Below, in pieces: positions 1 through 10,300 of a stretch of DNA of 42,896 bases. The notes under the pieces were generated by a model. It saw only the letters and a list, made by a program, of their open reading frames with translations. It did no database searches and was not told where the DNA came from. The stretch lies in NCBI GenBank assembly GCA_020832515.1, contig JAFIEN010000001.1, positions 1-42,896 on the forward strand, given 5' to 3'. Position 1 is the stretch's first letter. Every line of letters starts with the position of its first letter. The position numbers and the translations under genes were made by a program. This DNA comes from Rubellimicrobium sp. (GTDB taxonomy: Bacteria; Pseudomonadota; Alphaproteobacteria; Rhodobacterales; Rhodobacteraceae).

Positions 1-2267
1 GGTGTGGGGGGTTCGGGGAGCGAAACCCTATCGAGGTTTCGGCCCTGCGCGCCCGGGTGCCGGCACGGTCCGCATGCGGCCCTGGGGGGGTTGAGTGCCC
101 CCCCGCCTGCGGCTCCCCCCCGAGGATATTTGCAAACAAAAGAAGCGGCAGGATCTTTCCCTCTTTCCTCGGGGGAGGGCGGCAGGGAAGAGCCCGGCCC
201 GCCAGTAACCCGCCGGTGACCGTCGCGGAAATGACGGCCGGGGCCTGCCTCTTCCGGCTGCTTCTTTTGTTTGCAAATATCCTCGGGGGGACGGCGCGGA
301 ACGCGCCGCGGGGGGCCCCCAGCCCCCCGGCGCCGCCGGCCCCGTGGGCTCCCACTGCCGCCCCATACCCCGCTGGTCCAACCCGCGCGGCCCGGCCGCC
401 ACGGCCAGACCTCGATCACGAAGAACCGCTGCAGGGCGCGGGTGAAGACCTCCCAGACGGGGCGCTCGCCGACATCGATCTTTCCGAAGCCCGACAGATT
501 GGCCGCAAGCCGCCCCTCGGGATTGGGCAGTTCGACCAGCACCCGCACCACGAGACCGAAATCCACCGGTTCGGCCCGGGGTGCGATGGCGCTGACCGTG
601 CCGGGGATCGGGTCGTGCGGCGCGCTCCACAGGCGCAGTTCGACCGGTGCCCCGAGGGTGACCTCCTGGATCGCGATCTCGGGGATCATCAGCGCGGCCA
701 GCACGGTCCGGTTGTCCTCGATCTCGGCGAACAGCCCGCCGGCGGCAAGGCTGTGGCCCACGGGGACCTCGTGCATCGGGCTGACGATCTGGCCCGCGAC
801 GGGGGCGCGGATATAGGTGTAGTCCAGCATCCGCTCGGCGAAGGCCAGTTCCTCGGCATTGCGGGCGATGGTGGCCTCGATCATCGCGATCTCGCTGTCC
901 AGCGGGTCGGCCTGCACCAGCGCAAGCTGGGCTGCGGCCTGGTCGCGGGCGGCTTCGGCCAGAAGTGCTGCGCTGCGCGCATCCGAGACCACGGTGAAGG
1001 GGATCGTGCCGCTTTCGAACAATGTCTCCTGCCGGGCCAGATCCTGCCTGCGCATGTCGAGTTGCACCTCGGCCGCCGCCAGTGACTGTGCGGCCAGCGC
1101 GATCTCTTCGGGGCGGGGTCCGGCCAGAAGCGTGTCGAGCTGGGCCTGAAGCCGCGCGCCATCGGCCTGCAGGACCGCCACGTCGCGGCTCTGGTTCCAG
1201 TTCGACAGCACCGCCATCACCGTGCCCGCCTCGACCCGGTCGCCCTCGGAGACATGGAGTTCGGTGATCTCGCCGCTGGTGCGGGCGCGGACCTCGGCCC
1301 GGTCGAGCGGCTGGATGGTGAAATCGCCGCCCACCTCGAAGCGGTAGGGCTGGAAGGCCAGCCAGACGAGCCCGCCCAGGATTGCCAGCCAGACAAGCCG
1401 CACCACCCATTTGCGTGCCGGGCTCTGACGCGCGGCCTGCGATTGCAGCACGCGGTCGAGATCGTCCATGCCCCCCTGCCGCTTGCCCGCGCCGGTGCGC
1501 TCGATCCGGGGGCTGCGCTGGATCCGGGGGCCGGGCTCGGTGTCGGGCAGGACCTGATCGGGCGGCGCCGGCCGGCCTGCGGGCAGGATCGCCGGGCCGG
1601 CGCTCAGCAGATCGTCCAGCGGATCCTCCGGCCCGTCTGCGGGGATGTCCCCTGCGATCCCGGCCCCGTCGATCCCGGCCCCTGCATCGGCCGTCTGGCC
1701 CACCATCCCCTGGCCCACCATCCCCTGGCCCCCCGGTGCCCCGGCCGGCTCTCCGCGATCCCCGCCGGGCGGGGCGTCCTCGTCCTCGAGAGCGGCCAGG
1801 AGGCTGTCGAGCCCGTCTCCGGTCCGGTGGTCGGGGCCTGTGCCTGCGGTCAGAGCCGGGTGCAGGATGTCGTCCAGCGTGTCGCCGCCAGCGGATGCGT
1901 CGGTCCGGGCCTGACGGCGCGGTCCCGGACGGCCGCGGCGGGGGCGGTGTGCGGCCTCTCCGTCGGCGGTGGCCTGTTGTCCCTGCCCCTGTTGCCCCTG
2001 GCGGATATCGGCCAGCTGCACCACCCGGGCCCTCGCCGCCTCTTCGCCCGGATCGGGATCCTCCGCGTCGAGGAGCGCGCACAGAGCAGCGTCGAGTGTC
2101 CCGGCATCGGGATCCCCGTCGGGCCATGCCGCCGCGTCCCGGGGTGCGGGGGCATCGTCCCGGTCCGGATCGGTCCGCGCGTCGCGCGTATCGCGTGGCG
2201 GATCACCGGTCAGCATCCCGTCTCCCGTCTCTGCAGTCCGCTCCGGTCCGCGCCGCGGTCCTGCCAT
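1..2267 (-). CDS. HlyD-family membrane-fusion / periplasmic adaptor protein; the 3' end is not reached because the frame stays open to the window edge
   Basis: Absent from the ORF track because the frame has no stop inside the window. I translated the minus strand by hand (codon low coordinate = 0 mod 3) from ATG 2267. It reads MAGPRRGPERTAETGDG..., a long acidic/Pro-rich N-terminus. A TM segment KWVVRLVWLAILGGLVWLAF follows at about 1412-1350. HlyD hallmarks come next: EVRARTSGEITELHVSEGDRVEAGTVMAVL (barrel-sandwich), a coiled-coil stretch, YTYIRAPVAGQIV, and ...ALQRFFVIEVWPWR ending near 396. No in-frame minus-strand stop lies between 396 and position 1. Confidence 0.75.
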   Translation of the reverse strand, partial: MAGPRRGPERTAETGDGMLTGDPPRDTRDARTDPDRDDAPAPRDAAAWPDGDPDAGTLDAALCALLDAEDPDPGEEAARARVVQLADIRQGQQGQGQQATADGEAAHRPRRGRPGPRRQARTDASAGGDTLDDILHPALTAGTGPDHRTGDGLDSLLAALEDEDAPPGGDRGEPAGAPGGQGMVGQGMVGQTADAGAGIDGAGIAGDIPADGPEDPLDDLLSAGPAILPAGRPAPPDQVLPDTEPGPRIQRSPRIERTGAGKRQGGMDDLDRVLQSQAARQSPARKWVVRLVWLAILGGLVWLAFQPYRFEVGGDFTIQPLDRAEVRARTSGEITELHVSEGDRVEAGTVMAVLSNWNQSRDVAVLQADGARLQAQLDTLLAGPRPEEIALAAQSLAAAEVQLDMRRQDLARQETLFESGTIPFTVVSDARSAALLAEAARDQAAAQLALVQADPLDSEIAMIEATIARNAEELAFAERMLDYTYIRAPVAGQIVSPMHEVPVGHSLAAGGLFAEIEDNRTVLAALMIPEIAIQEVTLGAPVELRLWSAPHDPIPGTVSAIAPRAEPVDFGLVVRVLVELPNPEGRLAANLSGFGKIDVGERPVWEVFTRALQRFFVIEVWPWRPGRAGWTSGVWGGSGSPRGRRRRGAGGPPRRVPRRPPEDICKQKKQPEEAGPGRHFRDGHRRVTGGPGSSLPPSPEERGKDPAASFVCKYPRGGAAGGGALNPPRAACGPCRHPGAQGRNLDRVSLPEPPT
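116..290. repeat. 31-bp perfect inverted-repeat pair flanking a 113-bp spacer (MITE-like or long-hairpin element)
   Basis: Positions 116-146, ccccccgaggatatttgcaaacaaaagaagc, are the exact reverse complement of 260-290, gcttcttttgtttgcaaatatcctcgggggg. The arms have an AT-rich core in very GC-rich DNA. The spacer carries extra small stems (ccgtc/gacgg at 221-238; ggaagag 187-193 pairing with ctcttcc 249-255). Confidence 0.85.
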
Positions 2268-2305
2268 CCTGCCCGTTTCACCCTGCCTGCCCTCGCTCAC
2301 CCGCG

Positions 2306-3283
2306 TCACCTGCTCCGGCCCTGTCCCGCCTTGCGCCCGCCCCCCGTCCGTCTGCGTCCGCGCCGTCTTTCGAGAAAGCTTAGCAGAAAGACCACGAAAG
2401 CCGCCAGAAGAACGCCGAAGATCACCACACCGACCCCGCGCAGCCGTGCCTCGAGCACGAAGGCGATCGAGAAGACGATCGTCAGCACGATGAAGGCGGT
2501 GAATGCCAGCGAGGCCAGGGCATAAAGCACCAGAAGCCAGAATTCGCTGCGGGGCAGGTCGGCGGGGATCGGGCGGAAGGTCAGGATCATGCCCAGAAGC
2601 CTGAGCCCGTCCTGCCTGAGACGGGGCCGCTCGAGCCAGGCTGCCAGCCAGCGGTAGCCATCGGCGGGAAACAGCGGATTGGCGGTGAAGAGGAAGGACG
2701 ACAGCCCCACCACCGCCAGCGCAAGCCCCACATCGGCGACGCCCGAGCCCGAGCGGCGCAGGATCAGCCAGATCATCAGCCCCGCGACGAACATCCCCAG
2801 CCGGAACAGGAGCGGTGCGGCATAGCAGGCGCGCTGGCCGCGAAAATCGAGTTGCCGGATCGGCCCCTTGAAGAGATAGAACTTCGGGATCACCCCGAAG
2901 GCCAGGCGAAAGCCGAATTCGTCGCTGTCCGCGCCATGGCGCGCCATGGCCAGGCCCTGCGTCGCCTTGCCCAGAAGATTGGCGGTCAGCATCCCGATCA
3001 CCAGGTTCTGCGCGAAGGACAGCGTCAGCGCGATCCGCGTCATATGCGCCTCGAGCCCGAAGACGTTGAACAGCGCGCCATAGCCCGCCACCAGCCCCAG
3101 CGGCAGGATCAGGTGGCGCAGGTGCCGGAGCGGGGCCAGAAGATCGGCCAGCACCCGGAACACCCGGGTCGGGTTGCCGAAACGGATGCTGAGCGGCGGG
3201 CGCCCGCGCCAGGACCCCGGCGGGGGGGCGGGGCCGTCCATCTCGGGATCGTGGAACAGGCCGGGGCGGGGGGTGCCGGTCAT
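2306..3283 (-). CDS. Polytopic membrane protein related to the site-2 protease (M50) family, with the catalytic HExxH motif absent
   Basis: 325-aa ORF with several hydrophobic helices. It keeps the S2P NxxPxxxxDG-type motif (FTANPLFPADGYRWL). No HExxH occurs anywhere; the position where it would be expected reads ATQGLAMARHGADSDEFGF. The stop lies 38 bp upstream of the HlyD-like start, which is the recurrent M50-like plus HlyD gene pairing. Confidence 0.65.
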   Translation of the reverse strand: MTGTPRPGLFHDPEMDGPAPPPGSWRGRPPLSIRFGNPTRVFRVLADLLAPLRHLRHLILPLGLVAGYGALFNVFGLEAHMTRIALTLSFAQNLVIGMLTANLLGKATQGLAMARHGADSDEFGFRLAFGVIPKFYLFKGPIRQLDFRGQRACYAAPLLFRLGMFVAGLMIWLILRRSGSGVADVGLALAVVGLSSFLFTANPLFPADGYRWLAAWLERPRLRQDGLRLLGMILTFRPIPADLPRSEFWLLVLYALASLAFTAFIVLTIVFSIAFVLEARLRGVGVVIFGVLLAAFVVFLLSFLERRRGRRRTGGGRKAGQGRSR

Positions 3284-3307
3284 GATCGCGTCATCGTCCG
3301 GTCATCG

Positions 3308-3373
3308 CCCGGTATCCGGGGCCGGTATCCCGGGGCCGGTATCTGGCTCTGGTATCCGGGTCTGGCATCAGGG
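3308..3373. repeat. Five degenerate tandem copies of CYGGYATCYGGG (13-14 bp period) in a divergent control region
   Basis: The GGTATC cores start at 3311, 3324, 3338 and 3351, and a GGCATC core at 3364. The spacings are 13, 14, 13 and 13 bp. The array lies 25-90 bp upstream of the S2P-like start at 3283. Confidence 0.7.
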
Positions 3374-3548
3374 CAATGCCGGCGGGTCATCACCGGGCCG
3401 GGCGCGCGCCGGAGCAGGATCCGGGACAGGACCCGGCCTGTGCCCGTCGCGGTCCGGGACGGGGCGGAGCTGTTTCGGCATGGGTGTCGGCAAGATGGTG
3501 CTCTGTGGCTGGGGTCGGGGTGACATGACTTGCCGCCCTGTGACGGCA

Positions 3549-3578
3549 TTGATAACCTGCTACAGTATTTCAGATATT
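3549..3578 (+). promoter_or_regulatory. Candidate sigma70-type promoter for the P1/PKS operon (TTGATA-N18-GATATT)
   Basis: TTGATA lies at 3549-3554 and GATATT at 3573-3578, inside the only AT-rich tract of the 3284-3617 intergenic region. This is a pattern match only. Confidence 0.25.
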
Positions 3579-3581
3579 TTT

Positions 3582-3602
3582 GACACCAGCACTTGTGGTG
3601 TC
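3582..3602 (+). promoter_or_regulatory. 7-bp inverted repeat (GACACCA-N7-TGGTGTC) immediately upstream of the P1 Shine-Dalgarno; operator or 5'-UTR hairpin
   Basis: gacacca at 3582-3588 pairs with tggtgtc at 3596-3602 across the loop gcacttg. GGAGG follows at 3607-3611 and the ATG at 3618. Confidence 0.4.
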
Positions 3603-3617
3603 CTGATGGAGGACGCG

Positions 3618-4172
3618 ATGGCCAGGAAGGGCGAAACCGGGGGCGGCGATCCGGCACTGTCAGACGAAGAGCGCAAGGCCCGTCGCCGTGCCAGGCTGCG
3701 GACCCTGACGGGACAGGCGCCGGCCGGGGCCGCCGAAGCCTCAGGCGGGGCCGGTGATGCCGACGTGCTGGCCGCAATGGGTGGCGGAATGGGTGGCGGT
3801 GGAGCGGCGGGCGGGGCGCCCGAGATGCGCCGCAAGGCCGCGGCCCGGGTCTATCGCATGCTGACCAATACCCCGCCCGACGAGACGGGGATGGTCGAGG
3901 ACACCCCCTTCAGCAAGACCGGTGTGGCCCGCCTCATGGAGGGCCTGCGCGAGCGGGCCGCCAACGAGGGCCAGCCCGGCGCAAAGGTGGCGGCGGGCCT
4001 CTTGAACTTCCTCGCTCCGTCCGAGGGCGAGCCCGAGGTCCATGGCGCCAGCCTCGAGCGTCTTCAGCGTGTCGCCCGCATGGCCGGCACCCGGCTGGGT
4101 GGCGGGATGGGGGGTGGCATGGCCGGGCGGCGCCGTGGTGGTCTTGGCGGCGGGGGGCGCGGCGGTTTCTGA
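3618..4172 (+). CDS. Small unknown protein P1, with a conserved helical core and a Gly/Arg-rich C-terminal tail; paralog of 19795-20487
   Basis: This is the in-frame ATG at 3618 within track ORF 3174-4172, preceded by GGAGG 6 nt upstream. The core RVYRMLTNTPPDETGMVEDTPFSKTGVARLMEGLRERAANEGQPGAKVAAGLLNFLAPSEGEPEVHGASLERLQRVARMA aligns at roughly 40-45% identity (by eye) with P2. The tail is GGGMGGGMAGRRRGGLGGGGRGGF. Confidence 0.7.
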   Translation: MARKGETGGGDPALSDEERKARRRARLRTLTGQAPAGAAEASGGAGDADVLAAMGGGMGGGGAAGGAPEMRRKAAARVYRMLTNTPPDETGMVEDTPFSKTGVARLMEGLRERAANEGQPGAKVAAGLLNFLAPSEGEPEVHGASLERLQRVARMAGTRLGGGMGGGMAGRRRGGLGGGGRGGF

Positions 4173-4399
4173 GGGCTGTTGCCCGATCCAGGGCTCTTCG
4201 CCTCCGGTCGTCCTTCATGGGCGCCAGGGAATGTTTCTCGAGTGATGATTTCCGATCCGTGTCTTGCAGTGCTGTGCCTGTCCCGTCATCAATCCGGGCC
4301 CACTGTTGCAGAGTGCCTCTGTCAGGTTGCTGCGCGATGGAGCAGGATGGCGGGGGTGACGGTCCGGGCCGGGACAGGCCCTGACACGGCGGCGGTACA

Positions 4400-7300
4400 G
4401 TGCAGGAGATGGCAGTGACATCCGGTTTAGAATGCCTTGTGCTGGCGCCCGCAGGTCTGCCTGCCGCGCGTCTGGCTGTGGCCGCTGCCCGGGCCGGAGC
4501 GGTTCCTGTCCTGCCGGTCACGCCCGAGGGTATCGACAGCGCCCTGACCGGGGCGGCGGGGGCGGGGCGGTTCGGCCTGTCCCTGTCCGATCCGGCCCTG
4601 CTGGCCCTGCTGGCCGCCCGCGATGACCTGCCGCCCGCGCTGGCGCTGGTCATCGCCCCGCCCCCGGGTCTGGCCGAGGCCCCCGGGGCTCTTTCCGCCC
4701 AGCCCGCCCCCGGCCGGCGCCGTCTGTGCGAGGCGCGGCGCTGTTCGCAGGATGTGCTGGCGCTGGCCCCCCATATCGACGGCTATGTGCTCAAGGGCCA
4801 TGAATGCGGCGGTGTCGTCTCGGAACAGACGGGCTTCGTCCTGTTGCAGGAGTTTCGCCGCAAGACCGGCCTGCCGCTGTTCGTGCAGGGCGGCATCACG
4901 CCGGAAACGGCGGCCGCCGCGCATGTGGGCGGGGCTTCGGGCGTGGTGCTGGACGACCAGATCCTGCTTCTGGCCGAAAGCCCGCTGACGGACGCCCGCC
5001 TGCGCCGCCGGATCGAGGGGTTTTCCGGCAGCGAGACGCTGCAGGTCGAGGAGATGAGCCTCGGCCTCTATCTGCGCGGCCTCGATGCGCCGGGGGGCAA
5101 GCGTGCCGCCGAATTCGCCGTCCGGCTGCGCGAAAACCCTGCCGCGATCCATGACATCGCCGCGGGATTCTCGTGGCAGCCCGGTGCCGTCGCCCCCGCC
5201 GGTCAGGGGCTGGCGCTGGCCGCAGGGCTGGCGCGGCGCTACCGGACGCTGGGCCGGCTTGTCGGCGCGATTGCCCGCGCGGTCGGCACCCTGCCGGGGC
5301 AGGCCGCCTCGCGCGCGCTACTTGCCGAAGGGGCCCCGCTCGCCCAGAGCCTTGGCACGCGCTACCCGATCCTGCAGGGGCCGATGACGCGGGTCAGCGA
5401 CGTGTCGGATTTCTTCCTGCGCGTGGCCGAAGGTGGCGCACTGCCCTTTGCGGCCCTTGCCCTTCTGTCGGGGCCGCAGACTCAGACCCTGCTGGAGCAG
5501 ACCCGCGATCTTCTGGGGGGACGGCCCTGGGGCGTGGGGATGCTGGGCTTTGCCGACACGCGTGTCCTCGGGCCGCAGATGGAGGCGGTGGACAAGGTCC
5601 GCCCCGATTTCGCGATCATCGCGGGCGGGCGCATCAATCAGGTCATGGAGTTCGAGGGCAAGGGCATTCCCGCCTTCGTCCATGCCTCGACCGCAGGCAT
5701 CATCGCCCATTACCTTGACGAAGGGGTGCGGCGCTTCATCCTGGAAGGGCGCGAATGCGGCGGCCATGTCGGGCCGATGTCGAGCTTCACCCTCTGGGGT
5801 GCTGTGGTCGAGGCGCTGAAGACCCATCCCGTGATTCTGCGCGACGGCAAGCGCGTCCAGATCGTGCTGGCGGGCGGCATCCATGACGCGGCCTCGGCCG
5901 CCATGGCCGCGACCGTGGTCGAACCGCTGGCGGCACAGGCCGTGCAGATCGGCGTCCTGATGGGGACGGGATACCTCTTCACGCGCGAGATCGTGGAGTC
6001 CGGCGCCATCGTCCCCGACTATCAGCAGGTGGCACTCGACTGCGCCGAGACGCGCTGCCTTTGGGAAGGGCCCGGCTTCGCCAGCCGCTGCGCCATCACC
6101 CCCATCGTCGAGGAATTCGTCGAGGCCCGCGCCCGGCTCGAGGCAGACGGGGCCGGCGCGCGCGAGATCCGCGAGACGCTGGAGCATTTCTCGCTGGGCC
6201 GGCTGCGCATGGCGACCAAGGGTCTGGCGCGCACGGGGCCCGAGAAGGAACTGACCGAGATCGGCCCCGAGGAACGCCACCAGAAGGGCATGTACATGAT
6301 CGGCCAGGTGGCCGCGCTCCGCCACGAGGTGCGCAGCATCGCCGAATTTCATGCCGATGTCTCGGCGGGGTCGGTCGCGCATCTGCAGGCACTGGAACGG
6401 GCCGAACCGCTGACAGCTGCCGCACCGCCGCCCGCCGATATCGCCATCGTCGGCATGGCCACGCTCCTGCCCGGGGCGGATACGCTGTCCACCTACTGGC
6501 GGCGCATCCTGACCGGGGAAAGCGCCATCCGCGAGATCCCCGAAGACCGCTGGGACATTGCGGGCCATTTCGATGCCGACCGGACGGTGCGCGACAAGGT
6601 CTATTCCCGCTGGGGGGGCTTCCTCGAGGATGTGGCCTTCAATCCGCTTGATTACGGCATCCCGCCCGGCACGATCGACAGCGTCGATCCGATGCAGCTT
6701 CTGGCGCTCGAACTGGTGTCGGACGCGCTGAAGGATGCAGGCCAAGGTGCGCTCGAGGGGGTGGACCGGGCACGGACCTCGGTCGTCTTCGGCTTTTCGG
6801 GCGGCGTGGGCGAGAAGGGCGCGCAATATGTGGCGCGGTCCGAACTGCCCCGCCTTCTGGGCGAGGTGCCCGGGGATGTTCTCTCGCGCCTGCCGGAATG
6901 GACCGAGGACAGTTTCGCCGGCATCCTGCCCAATGTGGCGGCAGGCCGCGTGGCCAACCGGTTCGATCTGGGGGGGTCGAACATGGTGGTGGATGCGGCC
7001 TGCGCCTCGTCGCTTGCCGCCGTCTATGCCGGCGTGATGGAGCTGGAATCGGGCCGGGCCGACACGGTGATCGCAGGCGGCGTGGACACGCTGCAGGCGC
7101 CTTTCGGCTATCTGTGCTTTTCCAAGACGCAGGCGCTGAGCCCGCGCGGCATCTGCAACACCTTCGACAAGAAGGCCGACGGGATCGTCATTTCCGAAGG
7201 GCTGGCGGCGGTGGTGCTCAAGCGGCGGGCCGATGCCGAAGGCGACGGCGACCGGATCTACGGGGTGATCAAGGGGATCGGCGCCTCGTCCGACGGGCGG

Positions 7301-10300
7301 GCGAAGGGGCTGACGGCCCCCCTTCCCGCAGGCCAGAAACGCGCGCTGGAACGCGCCTATGCGCAGGCCCGCTTCACCCCCGACACGGTCGGGCTGTTCG
7401 AGGCGCATGGCACGGGCACGGTGGCGGGCGACCGGGCGGAACTGGAAACCGTCACCGGATCGCTGCGCGCGGCGGGTGCGGGGCCGCGCAACAGTGCCAT
7501 CGGATCGGTCAAGACGCTGATCGGCCATACCAAGGCCAGTGCGGGCATCGCGGGGCTGATCAAGGTGACGCTGGGCCTGCATCACAAGGTGCTGCCGCCC
7601 CATGCGCAGGTCTCCGATCCCAATGCCGTCTTCGAGGATCCCGAGGCGCCGCTGTATCTTGCGCAAAGCCCGCAGCCCTGGGTGCCCGCCCCGGGCCGTC
7701 CGCGCCGGGCAGGCGTCAGTTCCTTCGGCTTCGGGGGGACGAATTTCCATGTGGCGCTTGAGGAACATGCCGATCCGCATGCCGCAGCACCCCCCGCCGA
7801 TCCGGGGGTGGATGCCCTGCCCTTCGCCTTTGCCGCCGACAGCCGGGAGGCGCTGCTGAAACAGGTGGCCCGGCTCGATCCCGCTGCCGCCCCGGGGCTC
7901 AAAGGTCTCGCGCTGAAGGCGCTGGAGGGGGCGGGCGATGGCCCGGTGCGTCTGGCCTTCACCGCCCGCAGCCTTGACGAGGCGGGTGCCAAACTTGCCG
8001 AAGCGCGGGCCTTTCTCGAAGGCGATGCCCCTGCCCCGCCGCCGGGCCTGCATTATACGCAAGCTCCGCGTCTTGCCTCGGGCGGGCGGCTGGCCTTTCT
8101 CTTTCCCGGTCAGGGCTCGCAATATCCGGGCATGGCGCGGCAGGGGACGATGCTGCACCCGGCCATGCTGGCGGCGCTCGAGACCGCCGAGGCGGCGCTG
8201 GCCGATACGCCGACATTCGGGGGCGGTGGCCGGCGTCTGGCCCGGCTGATCTGGCCGGAAGAGGCCTTCACGCCCGAGGCGCGCAAGGCGCAGATGGCTG
8301 CCCTGACCGCGACCGAGGTGGCCCAGCCCGCGCTTGGCGCGATCGGGGCGGGGATGGCGGGGATGCTGGCCCGGCTGGGGGTGGTGCCCGACATGGTGGC
8401 GGGCCACAGCTATGGCGAATTCGTGGCCCTGCATGTGGCCGGTGCCTTCGATCTGGCCACGCTGATCCGCCTCTCCGAGGCGCGGGGCCGGGCCATGGTC
8501 GAGAATGGCGATCCCGACCGTCCCGGCGCGATGGCCGCCGTCGCCGCCGATGCCCAGACGGTGGAAGCCGCCATCGCGGGGCTGGCGGATGTGGTGCTGG
8601 CCAATCGCAACAGCCCGCGCCAGACGGTGATCGCGGGGCCGCGCGCGGCCATCACGCAGGCCATGGAGGCCGTGACGGCGGCGGGGCTGCAGGTCACCGC
8701 CGTGCCCGTCAGCCAGGCCTTCCATTCGCCGCTGATGGCGGCCGCGCGCGGGCAGTTCGACGCGGCCCTGGCGGCCGTCGACTGGCGCGCGACGCGGCTG
8801 CCCGTCTACAGCAACACGTCCGGGGCCGTGCACGAGGCCGATCCCGACGCGCAGCGCGCGGTCATGAGCGCGCATCTGGTCAGCCCGGTGGAATTCACCG
8901 GCATGATCCGGGCGATGGCAGCGGACGGTGCACGGGTCTTTGTCGAGGTCGGCCCGAAATCGGTGCTTTCGGGCCGGGTGCCGGAGATCCTCGGATCCGA
9001 GGCGGATGTCCGGGCCATCGCGCTCGACCGCGCCTCGGGCGATGCGGCGGCCCTTGCCGAGGGGCTGGCGCAGCTTTTCGTCGAAGGCGCGCGGGTCGAT
9101 CTGGCGGGCCTTGTCGCCGGGCTGGCCGAACCCCTGCCCCGCAGCGTCACCCATGCAGGCGCCGATCCGCGCCATCTGTGGCATCTGAACGGCGCCTATG
9201 CCCGCCGCGCCGATGCAGCCCGCCGCGACACGCGCCTGCCCGCTCCATCCACCCGTTCCCCCGGCCTTTCCCCCGGCCTTTCCCCCACCCTTTCCGCCGC
9301 CCCTTCACCCCTGACCACAGGCCCCGACATGCCCCCCCCTCCGGACGGTTCCGCCGTCCCGCCTGCCCTGCCACGCCTGCAAGAGGAGCTCGAATTCATG
9401 GAGATCCACGATCACGACCCGCCGCCCCCGCCCGGTGGCCCGCCCTCGATCCTGGGCGAGTATCACCGGATGATGCAGGAATTCCTGCGGGTGCAGGAAA
9501 ACGTCATGCTGGCCTATCTGGGCGGCAGTCCCCGGACCGCGCAACCGCTTGCTCCGGTGGCTTCCCCGGCGTTCGCCGCGCCCGCGCCCGTGCCGCGCAC
9601 GATACCCGCCTCCGTTGCGGCCCCTGTTGCGGCCCCCGCTGTCGCCCCTGTCGTTCAGGTCCCGACCCCCGCCCCGACGACCCTCGCCCCGACGACCCCC
9701 ACCATGCCCCCCGCACCCGCGCCGGCACCCGTGCCGGCACCTGTGGCAGCGGTCCCCGCCGGTGGCATCGACCTGATGGGGGCCTTCACCACCATCGTCG
9801 CGGAAAAGACCGGCTATCCCGAGGATGCGCTCGATCCCGATCAGGGGATGGAGGCGGATCTGGGCATCGATTCCATCAAGCGGATGGAGATCCTGGGTGC
9901 GGTGCAGAAGATCCTGCCCGAAACGGCCGCCGAGGCGATGCGCGCCGAGATGGACAGGATCGCGGAACTGTCCACGATCCGCGAGATCGTGGGGTTCATC
10001 GAGGGCCATATGGGTGGTGCGCCCACCACCGGATCACAGGCCACCGGACCACAGGCCACCGGAACGGGAGGGGCCGGGACGGGAGACACGCGCCCTTTTG
10101 ATCCGGCCGGGGAAGATCATGCGGTGACGGCCGTTCTTCCCCGGTACATCCAGGTGCCGTTCCATGAACCCGCCGACCATGTGACCGAGACCCTGCCCCA
10201 GGGCCTGCGCGTTCTGGTCACCGAGGCCGAGGACGGGTTTCATGATCACCTGGTCAGGGTGCTGGCCGATGCCGGGGCCGTGCCTGTCATCCTGCCCCGG

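Noticed and set aside
28-2127. 699-aa minus-strand ORF, extremely Arg/Gly/Pro-rich
   Set aside because: Its composition is typical of an out-of-frame reading of GC-rich coding DNA. The neighbouring minus frame gives a clean HlyD-family protein with a TM helix and conserved motifs.
57-2525. Plus-strand ORFs 57-1085, 271-816, 1254-2525 and 1382-2383
   Set aside because: They are antisense shadows of the HlyD-like gene; ORF 1254-2525 is in exact antisense codon register with it. They have low-complexity Arg/Pro/Gly composition and no recognisable motifs.
3174-3617. N-terminal 148 codons of track ORF 3174-4172
   Set aside because: This part overlaps the S2P-like gene start and the tandem-repeat control region, and has junk composition. 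A strong GGAGG-ATG at 3618 and the homology with P2 both begin downstream.
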